This document shows positions 26,685 through 38,662 of a stretch of 64,000 nt of DNA, piece by piece; position 1 is the first letter of the stretch, and every line of letters starts with the position of its first letter. Location: assembly GCA_963826295.1 (NCBI GenBank), contig CAWGWO010000007.1:57887-121886 (forward strand), in the 5' to 3' direction. A model generated the notes under the pieces. It worked only from the letters and a program-made list of their open reading frames with translations. It did not search any database and had not been told where the DNA came from. The stretch is from an uncultured Alphaproteobacteria bacterium (GTDB lineage Bacteria > Pseudomonadota > Alphaproteobacteria > Rhizobiales > Xanthobacteraceae). The translations under genes were made by a program, and so were the position numbers.

Positions 26685-28559
26685 ATGACCGAGCCCGAAA
26701 GCCTCCCGCTCGCCGCGGAGTTTCCGCCTGCGAGCTATGACGACTGGCGCAAGCTCGTCGATGCGGTCCTCAAGGGCGCGCCGTTCGAGCGGCTCAAAAG
26801 CACGACTTATGACGGACTTGCCATCGAGGCGCTCGCGGCCCGCCGCTCTGATACCCGGCCGATCGCATCGCGAGCGGGCGGCACTGCGTGGCAAATCCTG
26901 TCGCGGATCGAACATCCCGACCCGGTGCGCGCTAATGAGATTGCGCTACGCGAGCTCAATAACGGCGCCAGCGGCCTCGCACTGGTATTTTCCGGCTCGC
27001 TTGGCGCTCACGGCTTTGGGCTGTCGCCGACCGAAACTGCACTGGCAACCGCGCTCGACGGCGTGAAGCTCGACGCCGGCATCGTCCTCGATATCGATCT
27101 TCCGCCCTTTGCACGGGAGTTGCCGCAGCACATCGCGGACCTCGTCAAGCGCGGCTTCGATCCTGCCGCGGTGCAGATCCGCTTCGGCTACGATCCCTTC
27201 ACCGCCATCGCCGTGAGCGGGAAAATTCCGCTGCCCTGGGCGGAATCCGGACCGCTGATGGCGCGATTGATCGGAGCGCTTGCCGCCGCGGGGTTCAAAG
27301 GTCCATTCGCCGCCGCCGACGGGCGAGCGGTGCACAATGCCGGCGGCTCGGAAGCGCAGGAGCTTGCATTTGCACTCGGCAGCGCAGTCGCTTACTTACG
27401 GGCGCTGGAAACGAGCGGCATGGCGCTCGAAACCGCACGAGATGCTATTTATTTCCGGCTAGCGGCGGACGCCGAGCAGTTTTTGACCTTGGCCAAGTTC
27501 CGCGCGCTGCGAAAGCTGTGGGCGCGCATCGAGACCGCGTGCCGCCTTGCGCCGAAGCCCGCTTTTGTCAGCGCCGAAACAGCTTGGCGGATGATGGCGC
27601 GGCGCGATCCGCAGGTGAACATCCTACGTGCGACCGTTGCGGTATTTGCGGCGGCCCTCGGCGGCGCCGACGCGATCACCGTCGTGCCGTTTACCGCGGC
27701 ATGTGGCCTTCCCGACCGCTTCGCCCGCCGCCTCGCGCGCAACACGCAACTTATCCTCGACGAAGAGGTCCATCTGGAAAAAGTGCGCGATCCGGCGGCC
27801 GGATCTGGCGCAATCGAGGATTTAACCGACAAGCTCTGCCAAACCGCCTGGACGCTGTTTCAAGACATCGAGGCTGCCGGCGGCGTTGCCGTAGCGCTCG
27901 AAAACGGCGCCATCCAGGAAAAGGTCGCGGCGACGCACGCAATGCGCGCCGCTGCTGTTGCGCGCCGCCGCGACGCCCTCACCGGCGTCAGCATCTTCCC
28001 AAATCTGCGCGAAGCGGATGCTACCGTTGACGCGCCACCACCGACGCGAAAAGAGACCGACGCCGGCGCCATCCGGGGCAAAGCGATCGCGCCGCTTGTG
28101 CCGATCCGTCTTGCGGAGCCTTTCGAAGCATTACGCGAAGCATCGGATCGCGTGCTGGCCGCGGCCGGCGCGCGGCCGAAAGTTTTTCTCGCCACGCTCG
28201 GCACGCAGGCGGAGTTCACGCCACGCGCTACGTTTGCCCGGAATTTTTTCGAGGCTGGCGGCATCGAAGCCGTAAGCGGCGATAGCGGAAAGAACCCTAC
28301 CCTCCAAGACGCCTTCCGGGCGGCTGGCGCCACGCTCGTCTGCCTCTGCTCGACCGATAAGGTCTATGAAACCGAGGCTGTCACTGCCGCGGCGGCGCTC
28401 AGAGCCGCAGGCGCCGGGCACATTTACCTTGCGGGCCGGCCCGGCGAACACGAGACCGCTTGGCGCCAAGCCGGCATGCAAGCCTTCGTTTACGAGGGCT
28501 GCGACGCGCTAGCGACACTGCGGGCCGCCTACGATATTCTGGGTATCGCGATCGGATGA
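26685..28559 (+). CDS. mutA: Methylmalonyl-CoA mutase small (beta) subunit
   Basis: MCM fold without a DxHxxG B12 motif, located directly upstream of the large subunit. The ATG at 26685 is internal to ORF 26631. Confidence 0.8.
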   Translation: MTEPESLPLAAEFPPASYDDWRKLVDAVLKGAPFERLKSTTYDGLAIEALAARRSDTRPIASRAGGTAWQILSRIEHPDPVRANEIALRELNNGASGLALVFSGSLGAHGFGLSPTETALATALDGVKLDAGIVLDIDLPPFARELPQHIADLVKRGFDPAAVQIRFGYDPFTAIAVSGKIPLPWAESGPLMARLIGALAAAGFKGPFAAADGRAVHNAGGSEAQELAFALGSAVAYLRALETSGMALETARDAIYFRLAADAEQFLTLAKFRALRKLWARIETACRLAPKPAFVSAETAWRMMARRDPQVNILRATVAVFAAALGGADAITVVPFTAACGLPDRFARRLARNTQLILDEEVHLEKVRDPAAGSGAIEDLTDKLCQTAWTLFQDIEAAGGVAVALENGAIQEKVAATHAMRAAAVARRRDALTGVSIFPNLREADATVDAPPPTRKETDAGAIRGKAIAPLVPIRLAEPFEALREASDRVLAAAGARPKVFLATLGTQAEFTPRATFARNFFEAGGIEAVSGDSGKNPTLQDAFRAAGATLVCLCSTDKVYETEAVTAAAALRAAGAGHIYLAGRPGEHETAWRQAGMQAFVYEGCDALATLRAAYDILGIAIG

Positions 28560-28566
28560 ATGATCG

Positions 28567-30726
<2,160 letters not shown>

Positions 30727-30753
30727 AGCCGCCTCGCCCTTACTGTACCGCTG

Positions 30754-32223
30754 CTACCGTGCCGCCGCTTCGTGCGGGCTCGCGGCGGAACCTGCGACCG
30801 GTCTGCTGCGGCCGTTGCCGCGTCCGAGCAATTCGAGAAATGAGCGGAAGACGTTACTGCCCCGCACGGCGTCCTGCCCGGCGGAAATCACCATATCAAC
30901 TTGATCGGGGGGCAGCTTGAATGAGGTCTGAACGGAATTGAGCGCCGCAGCGCGTTGCGCACCCAGTTGATCGAAAGCAACGCGGCCGACGAAGATCTTG
31001 ACGTCGCGGCAGTTCCATCCGGGCGGCGCGCCGAAACGGCGGCGGTCGGCCGCTGAAAGCTTGCAACGCCAGTCGACCAGTGCGTCCTGCCAATCCGACA
31101 TCGAACTTTGGAACGCCGAATAACTACCGACGGCGCCAGATTCGGTCGCGGTATCGGACGCCGCAGTGATCAGGGCGACGCCAGAAGGACCTTTCACCGT
31201 CTGCGACCAATCGCCGGACGGCGCCCGGCCGGCGTCCGCGACCAAAAACAACAGTCGCCGCAATTTGACAGCCTCTTCCGGCTCGAGCGGGCCGTAGGGC
31301 GTGCTGGAAGCAAGTCGCGCAATGGTGAAGCCGGCGAGCCCGTAATTGTCAACGATACCGCCATCGAGCAGCTTGACGTAACGGACTTCTCCCGAATGGT
31401 AGCGCTCCATGGCGTTGGCAAAGAGCTTAAGGAGCGGCGGCGCATCGGCTTCGCGGCGGATGCGCTCTACCCAATCGGGCAACGGTACCTTGCAAGCGCC
31501 CGGAAAGCCTTGAATGACGACCGGAGCAAACACCACCGGGACCGCGGCGGATGCCGCGACCGCGAGCGAGATCGGGTAGTTGGAGAGATCGCTGCACAGG
31601 GCGCCGAAAATCACCCGGCCGAAAACAAACGGGGTCCGGTCGTAGATGTCGGACGCATTGATCCAAATGTATGGCCGGCGCTGGTACAAGAGGCTCTTGA
31701 ACGTGGCGTGATCGTAGAGATTGTCGTCGAGCCACTTCGGAAACAAGGTCGGGTCGTTGACGCCGCCTTGCAGCCCCTTGGCGATGCTGAGCAGGGTGAT
31801 GTTGGTCTGCAGAGATTCTTCGGCGTTGCGAAGCAGGAAGCGTTGCTTGAAATCGGCGAGCGCTCTGCGCTTCTTGAGCCCATAATAAGCCGCCAAGACA
31901 GACCCGCCGGATACGCCGGTGACGAAATCGACCCGGTCGAGCAGCGTGGTCGAGCGGTTGGGGAGCTGGTATTGGTCGAGCGCGGTAAGCACGCCGTAGG
32001 AGAAAGCGGCCGCCCGCGTGCCGCCTCCGGAAAACGACAACGCGACGACGGTGTCGTCGAAATAGGTGTCGACGTCATGGCCGAGCTCCGCCGAGGGCGA
32101 CACACCCGGCACGAGCGGCTGATTGATCGGATCGTTTTGGATTTGGGTACAGGCGACCACCAGGGCCGAACACGCAACGATGCGCCCTGCGCGGACTAAA
32201 CGCTGCAACTCACCCCACACCAT
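30754..32223 (-). CDS. Patatin-like phospholipase
   Basis: FSGGGTRAAAF oxyanion motif, GVSGGS nucleophile elbow, and DGG.VDN. Confidence 0.85.
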   Translation of the reverse strand: MVWGELQRLVRAGRIVACSALVVACTQIQNDPINQPLVPGVSPSAELGHDVDTYFDDTVVALSFSGGGTRAAAFSYGVLTALDQYQLPNRSTTLLDRVDFVTGVSGGSVLAAYYGLKKRRALADFKQRFLLRNAEESLQTNITLLSIAKGLQGGVNDPTLFPKWLDDNLYDHATFKSLLYQRRPYIWINASDIYDRTPFVFGRVIFGALCSDLSNYPISLAVAASAAVPVVFAPVVIQGFPGACKVPLPDWVERIRREADAPPLLKLFANAMERYHSGEVRYVKLLDGGIVDNYGLAGFTIARLASSTPYGPLEPEEAVKLRRLLFLVADAGRAPSGDWSQTVKGPSGVALITAASDTATESGAVGSYSAFQSSMSDWQDALVDWRCKLSAADRRRFGAPPGWNCRDVKIFVGRVAFDQLGAQRAAALNSVQTSFKLPPDQVDMVISAGQDAVRGSNVFRSFLELLGRGNGRSRPVAGSAASPHEAAAR

Positions 32224-32330
32224 TAACCACGCTTATCGGCGTATCGCTCCGGCGCCGTCAAGCGAACGCCGGCCACGGAAAAGCACGGTTTTATGTTCGA
32301 GGTTAACGGCCGCTTAAGCATGCCGCCATG

Positions 32331-32380
32331 CTGCCGCAGTTTGCCGGGGGCGCGGGCGGCGGCAGTTTTTTCGCTTTTTT
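32331..32380 (+). terminator. Orphan intrinsic-terminator-like hairpin inside the patatin-nrdJ gap
   Basis: CTGCCGC...GCGGCAG followed by TTTTTTCGCTTTTTT on the plus strand. No plus-strand CDS ends here. Confidence 0.45.
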
Positions 32381-33116
32381 GCGCACGCCAATCGCCAATC
32401 GCAAGGATGCGCGTTGGAATTGAGGATTCTGCCGCCAATTCAATGCGCTAGCGCGAGCCTCCGGAGCATCAAACAACGGAAGCGCCGATTTTTCGGCACG
32501 TTTCACTCAGAATCAGCGGGAAATGCGCGTCATAGCGTGACGGAAGTGTGACCAGATCGAAGTCGCGAAATCTTCGAGCACCGGGACTCCCGGGCCGGTA
32601 GTGGCCTGCGGCGGGCGAACCAGCGCCGCCGGGCAACCGTAAAGCGGGGAAAAAATCTGGCGCGGTCCAACGGTCGCTTTCGAATCGGGACGGAATCTCC
32701 GATACTTGCGCGATCCCCTCCCGATTCGTCCCCGTAATCCCCACATTTAGTGGGTTGTCAACGATTTGATACTAAGTCTTGACGGGCGCGATCGGCTTGG
32801 CCTAGCCTTCCCAACGTTCGGCGCGCGGGTAACGAAGTTCCGCCGGGCTCTCCGAAAAGGGTTGCGGGAGTGCTTCGTGCCGCCGTGGCGCGAGCATGGA
32901 TTTTTGCGCCCGAAACGAAGAGCTGCCGGAGGGCGAAAATACTAGCCCGGCGCCAAGCCGGGTCGGGTGGGCGGCAGGCGAGAGACAGGGGCGTGTTCGG
33001 CGTGGTGGGAGGCCACTCACGTCGCGGGGAAGTTGTCGGCGGCTTATATTGAGCGGGTTATCCGCTTGATGCGCCGGCGAAGAGAAACGCAAAGACTTTT
33101 TAAAGGGGCAGAGAAA

Positions 33117-36100
33117 ATGCGGATTGAGCGGCGCTACACCAAAGAAGGTCAATCGCCTTACGCGGACATCGCCTTCCGGCTTACCGTGAGCGAAATCCGC
33201 AATCCGGATGGATCCGTCGTGTTCCATGCCGACGGCGTCGAAGTGCCGGAGCGGTGGTCGCAGGTCGCTTCCGACGTATTGGCGCAGAAGTATTTCCGCA
33301 AAGCCGGCGTACCGGCGCGCTCGAAGAAGGTCGAGGAGGAGACCGTCCCCTCTTGGCTATGGCGCAGTGTCGCCGATGAGACCGCGCTTGCCGAATTGCC
33401 GGAGAAGGAACGCTTCCTCGGCGAGACCTCTTGCAAGCAGGTGTTCGACCGGCTTGCCGGGACCTGGACCTATTGGGGCTGGAAGGGCGGTTATTTTTCG
33501 TCCGAGGCCGACGCGCAAGCCTTCTTCGATGAGCACCGCTACATGCTGGCGATGCAGATGGTGGCGCCGAACTCACCGCAATGGTTCAACACCGGTCTGC
33601 ATTGGGCCTACGGCATTGACGGTCCTAGCCAGGGCCACTTCTACGTCGATTTCAAAACCGGCGAGCTCAAGCAGTCGGCGACCGCTTACGAGCACCCGCA
33701 GCCGCACGCCTGCTTCATCCAGTCGATCAACGACGACCTCGTCAACGAAGGCGGGATCATGGATCTGTGGGTGCGCGAAGCGCGCCTGTTCAAATACGGC
33801 TCCGGCACCGGCACGAACTTCTCCAGGCTGCGCGGCGAAGGCGAGAAGCTGTCCGGCGGCGGCAAGTCGTCGGGGCTGATGAGTTTCCTCAAGATCGGCG
33901 ACCGGGCCGCGGGCGCGATCAAGTCCGGCGGCACCACCCGCCGCGCCGCCAAGATGGTGATCCTCGATGCCGACCATCCCGATGTCGAGCAGTTCGTCGA
34001 CTGGAAGGTGAAGGAGGAGCAGAAGGTCGCCAACCTCGTCACCGGCTCGAAAATCAACCAGCGCCATCTGCGCGCGATCCTCAAGGCCTGCGTGAATTGC
34101 GAGGGCTCCGGCGACGATTGCTTCGATCCGGAGAAGAATCCCGTGCTCCGCCGCGAAATCAAGGCGGCGCGCAGAAACCACGTGCCGGACAATTACATCC
34201 GCCGCGTGATCCAGTTCGCCAAGCAGGGCTACAAGGACATCGAATTTCCGATCTACGACACCGATTGGGATTCGGAGGCGTACCTGACGGTCTCCGGCCA
34301 GAATTCCAACAATACGGTGCGCGTAACCGACGAGTTCCTTAAAGCAGTCGAAGCCGACCGCGACTGGGATCTGTTTTGGCGCACCAAGCCCGGCAAGATC
34401 GCCAAGACCATCAAGGCACGCGACTTGTGGGAAAAGATCGGCCATGCCGCCTGGGCTAGCGCCGATCCCGGCCTGCAATTCCACACCACCATCAACGATT
34501 GGCACACTTGCGCGAATTCGGGGCCGATCATCGCCTCCAATCCGTGCTCGGAATACATGTTCCTCGACGACACGGCGTGCAATCTGGCCTCGCTCAATCT
34601 GCTCTCGTTCCACACCCCCACCGTTCCCTCCGCCGCAAGCGGTGAAGGGCTAGCCAGCGGGCAATACGACATCGAGGGCTACGAGCATGCCGTGCGGCTG
34701 TGGACCATCGTGCTCGAAATCTCGGTGCTGATGGCGCAGTTTCCGTCACGCGAGATCGCGCAGCGCTCTTACGACTTCCGCACGCTCGGCCTGGGCTACG
34801 CCAATGTCGGCGGCCTCCTGATGTCGTCGGGCATCCCCTATGATTCCGATTCCGGCCGCGCGATCTGCGCCGCGCTCTCGGCGATCATGACCGGCGTCTG
34901 CTATGCCACCTCGGCCGAGATGGCGGCCGAACTCGGCCCCTTCCCGCGCTTTGCCGAAAACCGCGAGGTGATGCTGCGTGTCATGCGCAACCATCGCCGC
35001 GCCGCTTATGGCGACCGCTCGGGGTATGAGCAGCTGGCGACGCCGCCGGTGCCGCTCGATCACAAGGCCCTGCCCGACCAGAATCTCGTCGGGCACGCCA
35101 AGCGCGCCTGGGATCGCGCGGTCGCGCTCGGTGAAACGCACGGCTACCGCAACGCGCAGGCGAGCGTGGTGGCGCCGACCGGCACCATCGGCCTGGTCAT
35201 GGATTGCGATACCACCGGCATCGAGCCCGATTTCGCCCTGGTGAAGTTCAAGAAGCTCGCCGGCGGCGGCTACTTCAAGATCATCAACCGCGCGGTGCCG
35301 GAAGCGTTGCGCGTGCTCGGCTATGGCGAGAACGAGATCGCCGAGATCGTCGCCTACGCCGTTGGGCACGGTTCGCTCAAGGACGCGCCGGCGATCAATT
35401 ACGCCACGCTCAAGGCCAAGGGCTTCACGCTGGAGGCGATCGAGAAGCTGGAAAAGGCTTTGCCGACCGCCTTCGACGTCAAATTCGCTTTCAACAAATG
35501 GACGCTCGGCGCCGACTTCCTGCGCGATGAACTCGGCGTTGATGCCGAAGACCTCGTGCTGCCGAACTTTGACCTTCTCGCGCATCTTGGCTTCACCAAG
35601 CGCGAGATCGAGGCGGCCAACATCCATGTCTGCGGCGCCATGACGGTCGAAGGCGCGCCGCATCTCAAGCCCGAGCATTACGCCGTGTTCGACTGCGCCA
35701 ATCCGTGCGGCCGCACCGGCAAGCGCTATCTCTCGGTCGAGAGCCACATCCGCATGCTGGCGGCGGCGCAGCCGTTCATTTCCGGCGCCATCTCCAAGAC
35801 CATCAACATGCCGAACGAGGCGGCGGTGGAGGACTGCAAGGAAGCCTACAAGCTGTCCTGGCGGCTTGGCCTCAAAGCCAACGCGCTCTACCGCGACGGC
35901 TCGAAGCTCTCGCAGCCGCTGCAAAGCCAGCTGATCTCCGACGACGAGGACGAGGAGGACATTATCGAGGCTTTCATCGAGAAGCCCGCCGCCTCGCGCG
36001 CCGCCGCGTTATCGGAGAAGATCGTCGAGAAGGTCGTCGAGCGTATCGTGGTGATGCGCGAGCGCGAGCGCATGCCCGACCGGCGCAAGGGCTACACCCA

Positions 36101-36902
36101 GAAAGCGGTGGTCGGCGGACATAAAGTTTATCTGCGCACCGGCGAATATGACGACGGCCGGCTCGGCGAGATCTTCATCGACATGCACAAGGAAGGCGCG
36201 GCGCTGCGCTCGCTGCTAAACAACTTCGCCATCGCGGTATCGCTCGGCCTGCAATACGGCGTGCCGCTCGACGAATATGTCGATGCGTTCACCTTCACCC
36301 GCTTCGAGCCGTCCGGTCCGGTGCAGGGCAACGACACCATCAAATATGCCACCTCGATCCTCGATTACGTGTTCCGGGAACTCGCAGTGAGCTACATGGA
36401 GCGTTTCGATCTCGCCCATGTCGATCCGTCTGGCGAAGGTTTTGACGCGCTCGGCAAAGGCGTCGAGGAAGGCAAGCCGACAGAGACACGCTATGTGTCG
36501 AAGGGGCTGACCCGCTCGCGCACCGACCGGCTCAAAGTGATGCAGGGCGGCGTCGAACGCACATCGTCTCCCTCTCCCCAGGGGGGAGAGGGTCGGGGTG
36601 AGGGGGTAACGGCCTCGAACGTCACTGCGTTCTCCTCATCGTCGCCGCGCGCGGAGAGTGCTGGTTCGGCAGCGCTCAAGAGCGAGCCGGAGCAGAAACT
36701 CTCGCCGACGCAGGCGCTTGAGCAACTGAACTGGACCGACGCGCGCACCCACGCCAAGCAAGCCGCCGCCGAAAAGCGCGCCGAAGCCCGCGCCAAAGGC
36801 TATGAAGGCGAGGCTTGCGGCGAGTGCGGGAATTTTACGCTCGTGCGCAACGGCACGTGCATGAAGTGCGACACGTGCGGATCGACGACGGGGTGCAGCT
36901 GA
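33117..36902 (+). CDS. nrdJ: Class II (adenosylcobalamin-dependent) ribonucleotide reductase
   Basis: The start is [15 protein letters not shown]. It contains [21 protein letters not shown] and a C-terminal CGECG...CMKCDTCG zinc ribbon. The ATG at 33117 has a GGGGCAGAG Shine-Dalgarno sequence; the ORF track start at 32967 is a spurious extension. Confidence 0.95.
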   Translation: MRIERRYTKEGQSPYADIAFRLTVSEIRNPDGSVVFHADGVEVPERWSQVASDVLAQKYFRKAGVPARSKKVEEETVPSWLWRSVADETALAELPEKERFLGETSCKQVFDRLAGTWTYWGWKGGYFSSEADAQAFFDEHRYMLAMQMVAPNSPQWFNTGLHWAYGIDGPSQGHFYVDFKTGELKQSATAYEHPQPHACFIQSINDDLVNEGGIMDLWVREARLFKYGSGTGTNFSRLRGEGEKLSGGGKSSGLMSFLKIGDRAAGAIKSGGTTRRAAKMVILDADHPDVEQFVDWKVKEEQKVANLVTGSKINQRHLRAILKACVNCEGSGDDCFDPEKNPVLRREIKAARRNHVPDNYIRRVIQFAKQGYKDIEFPIYDTDWDSEAYLTVSGQNSNNTVRVTDEFLKAVEADRDWDLFWRTKPGKIAKTIKARDLWEKIGHAAWASADPGLQFHTTINDWHTCANSGPIIASNPCSEYMFLDDTACNLASLNLLSFHTPTVPSAASGEGLASGQYDIEGYEHAVRLWTIVLEISVLMAQFPSREIAQRSYDFRTLGLGYANVGGLLMSSGIPYDSDSGRAICAALSAIMTGVCYATSAEMAAELGPFPRFAENREVMLRVMRNHRRAAYGDRSGYEQLATPPVPLDHKALPDQNLVGHAKRAWDRAVALGETHGYRNAQASVVAPTGTIGLVMDCDTTGIEPDFALVKFKKLAGGGYFKIINRAVPEALRVLGYGENEIAEIVAYAVGHGSLKDAPAINYATLKAKGFTLEAIEKLEKALPTAFDVKFAFNKWTLGADFLRDELGVDAEDLVLPNFDLLAHLGFTKREIEAANIHVCGAMTVEGAPHLKPEHYAVFDCANPCGRTGKRYLSVESHIRMLAAAQPFISGAISKTINMPNEAAVEDCKEAYKLSWRLGLKANALYRDGSKLSQPLQSQLISDDEDEEDIIEAFIEKPAASRAAALSEKIVEKVVERIVVMRERERMPDRRKGYTQKAVVGGHKVYLRTGEYDDGRLGEIFIDMHKEGAALRSLLNNFAIAVSLGLQYGVPLDEYVDAFTFTRFEPSGPVQGNDTIKYATSILDYVFRELAVSYMERFDLAHVDPSGEGFDALGKGVEEGKPTETRYVSKGLTRSRTDRLKVMQGGVERTSSPSPQGGEGRGEGVTASNVTAFSSSSPRAESAGSAALKSEPEQKLSPTQALEQLNWTDARTHAKQAAAEKRAEARAKGYEGEACGECGNFTLVRNGTCMKCDTCGSTTGCS
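36570..36592. repeat. GC-rich perfect 10-bp hairpin (REP-like miniature palindrome) inside the nrdJ C-terminal linker
   Basis: CCCTCTCCCC-AGG-GGGGAGAGGG. It is translated in frame as [13 protein letters not shown]. Confidence 0.6.
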
Positions 36903-36910
36903 AAAGCTGT

Positions 36911-36938
36911 GGGCAGCCGTAAGGCTGCCCTTTACTTT
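36911..36938 (+). terminator. Rho-independent terminator after nrdJ
   Basis: GGGCAGCC-GTAA-GGCTGCCC followed by TTTACTTT. Confidence 0.65.
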
Positions 36939-36984
36939 GGAGAACAAATCAAGTACGAACAAATCATTTTTTCGGAGAAGCGAA

Positions 36985-37194
36985 ATGGCAAAGCAGCCTG
37001 GATTAGATGGGCGTCATCGGGACAAGGATGGCGAAATCCATCACAAAATGGGGAACACAACCGTCGGCACCCTTCGCGACACTTATGGCGACGATTTTGC
37101 CCAAGGTCGCCGTAGCGATATGAAACTTGAAAACTTGCTCAAGGACACCGGCGCCAAGTCCCTCACGGACTTTCGCAAGAATTACGACAAGTAA
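36985..37194 (+). CDS. Small hydrophilic hypothetical protein (69 aa)
   Basis: MAKQPGLDGRHRDKDGEIHHKMGNTTVGTLRDTYG..., with GGAGAAG upstream. It lies in a lower-GC stretch. Confidence 0.5.
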   Translation: MAKQPGLDGRHRDKDGEIHHKMGNTTVGTLRDTYGDDFAQGRRSDMKLENLLKDTGAKSLTDFRKNYDK

Positions 37195-37246
37195 GTTTGG
37201 CGCGCAGTTGCGGCATAAATTGCTCGGGTGGCCTCAGCTTCCACCC

Positions 37247-37329
37247 CGTAGGATGGGTTAAGCAACTTGCGAAACCCATCACGCAGCCTCTCGGATCGAC
37301 GATGCGTTTCGCTGCGCTCAACCCATCCG
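37247..37329. repeat. Two REP-like units of the GGATGGGTT...AACCCATC type
   Basis: CGTAGGATGGGTTAAGCAACTTGCGAAACCCATC and GATGCGTTTCGCTGCGCTCAACCCATCCGG. This palindromic element family is common in alphaproteobacterial intergenic DNA (from memory). Confidence 0.5.
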
Positions 37330-37338
37330 GCATCGCGC

Positions 37339-37752
37339 TCAGCACTCCAGCACCGCCACATGTCCCTGCGCGCCGTAAGCGAGCAACGCGCGGTCACGCG
37401 TGACGAGCGTCGCGCCGAGTTCGCGCGCGGTCGCCACGAGGATGCGGTCGGTCGGATCTTTCGGCGGCCTGCCGGGCAGAAAAGACGACGCGATCAACAG
37501 GTCCGGCGATAGATCGGCGAGCCGCACGCCGGGCGCCTCGAACAAATTGACGAACCAGCGCTCCGGCCTGATCAGCAATTGCAGGCGCCCGCGTGAGGTC
37601 AGCATGCCGATTTCCCAGGCGCTGATCGGCGAGATGTAGGTTATGCCGCCACCCTCATTTACCGCTCGAAGCGTTTCGACCGCCGCCGCCGGCAAGCGCG
37701 CTTTCTCGTTCAGGAAGATGAGCGTGCAGGTATCCAGAAGGAGCGACTGCAC
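37339..37752 (-). CDS. vapC: PIN-domain toxin VapC
   Basis: LLLDTCTLIFL (first acidic residue), SAWEIG, and DPTDRILVATA. The GTG start directly abuts the upstream stop. Confidence 0.85.
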   Translation of the reverse strand: MQSLLLDTCTLIFLNEKARLPAAAVETLRAVNEGGGITYISPISAWEIGMLTSRGRLQLLIRPERWFVNLFEAPGVRLADLSPDLLIASSFLPGRPPKDPTDRILVATARELGATLVTRDRALLAYGAQGHVAVLEC

Positions 37753-38169
37753 CTACTTTTCCCGCTTCTCCGGGCCGTATTCCGCGTCGAGCCGGTCCGC
37801 CCATTCCGGATCGGCGGGTTGCGTGAGGTCCGTGCCGGGCATGATGCGAATGAGACCCTGCATCATTCCGTAAAGTGGATGAAACAGCTTCTCGCCGCCG
37901 GATTGCGCATTGTCCGCCGCCTTCGGCCCGCGGACCCGGCGGAAGATCAATTTTTGTTTTTCCATATCCACCTGCTCGCTTTTGAAGCCGGCTTCGATCC
38001 ACACCTTGGTAAGCACGCTGTTGAAATCGTTGTTGCTCCACCACGCGCGATATCGGGAAGAAGCCGGCAACTTTGTGCCGGTGATCTTCTCGATTTTTGC
38101 GAATGTCATCGGGACGGCATCGCTCGTCTGACGCTTGAGGTATTCGCCAAGGGCGCCGTATTTCGACAT
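37753..38169 (-). CDS. Atypical two-domain antitoxin candidate: an N-terminal DUF7662-like domain fused to a PIN-neutralising C-terminal tail
   Basis: N-terminus: MSKYGALGEYLKRQTSDAVPMTFAKIEKITGTKLPASSRYRAWWSN. C-terminus: YGMMQGLIRIMPGTDLTQPADPEWA, resembling the G.KG.I.I..D.D.P...EW tails of PIN-associated antitoxins (from memory). Confidence 0.55.
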   Translation of the reverse strand: MSKYGALGEYLKRQTSDAVPMTFAKIEKITGTKLPASSRYRAWWSNNDFNSVLTKVWIEAGFKSEQVDMEKQKLIFRRVRGPKAADNAQSGGEKLFHPLYGMMQGLIRIMPGTDLTQPADPEWADRLDAEYGPEKREK

Positions 38170-38179
38170 CGAATAAACC

Positions 38180-38200
38180 TACCTATTGGATGGATAGGTA
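38180..38200. promoter_or_regulatory. Inverted repeat TACCTAT-N7-ATAGGTA just upstream of the antitoxin start (candidate TA operator)
   Basis: Perfect 7-bp arms located 11-31 nt 5' of the ATG at 38169. Confidence 0.35.
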
Positions 38201-38338
38201 CTACCTTTTTGCAGTTCCGTCAACGAACCCGCCGGGCATCCGCCTCATTGCGGGCGATAGCGAAGCAGGCCCGGATTTCGCTGGCGCTTCATCCGAGCCA
38301 CTGGTTGTATGTACGGGGGGTGACGAGAAAGGTCTTCA

Positions 38339-38662
38339 ATGTTGCGGGATTTGTTCGTACTCGTCGCCGTCGCGCTTTCGCTGTCGCTGATCTCGGGGGC
38401 TTCGGCCGCGCCCGCGTTGACGACGCCGGTGCACAAGAAACAGCACGTCTCGCGCCATTGGCACGGCTATGGCTTCCTGCCCGGCTATCGCCCGCCCGAG
38501 GTTCTCGAGCGGGAGCGTGCAGAGCACTACTACGAGGTTTACGGGCCGCAATATTACGGCCCCGCCTGGCCGCGCTTTTATAATAACCGCTGGAACGGCG
38601 GTGGCTTCGGCCCCTGCTATACGCAGACGCCGATCGGACCGATCTGGAATTGCGGGCGATAG
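38339..38662 (+). CDS. Small exported protein, Tyr/Gly/Pro-rich, unknown function
   Basis: The signal peptide is LFVLVAVALSLSLISGASAA. The mature part is rich in Y/W/G/P. Confidence 0.55.
   Translation: MLRDLFVLVAVALSLSLISGASAAPALTTPVHKKQHVSRHWHGYGFLPGYRPPEVLERERAEHYYEVYGPQYYGPAWPRFYNNRWNGGGFGPCYTQTPIGPIWNCGR

Noticed and set aside
32800-33116. Possible cobalamin riboswitch or NrdR boxes in the nrdJ leader
   Set aside because: I found only loose fragments (GCCACTC, GGGAAG). There was no B12-box or AGGGAA...GGTG...AATCC core, and a B12 sensor makes little sense on a B12-dependent RNR. The 15-bp palindrome at 32740 has odd length and does not fit the 16-bp NrdR box as I remember it. I kept it only as an unexplained leader in the findings.
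32967-33116. N-terminal extensions in the ORF track for nrdJ, and similarly for flaF (8639), the PRC-barrel gene (42976), the speH ORF (50305), the GST ORF (51987), the DUF2336 ORF (49006) and the asparaginase ORF (62614)
   Set aside because: Internal ATGs with Shine-Dalgarno sequences coincide with the conserved protein N-termini. The extensions are Arg-rich or overlap neighbouring genes or promoters.
33573-35924. 346-aa and 392-aa minus-strand ORFs inside nrdJ
   Set aside because: They are antisense shadow ORFs. The plus strand encodes an unmistakable class II RNR.
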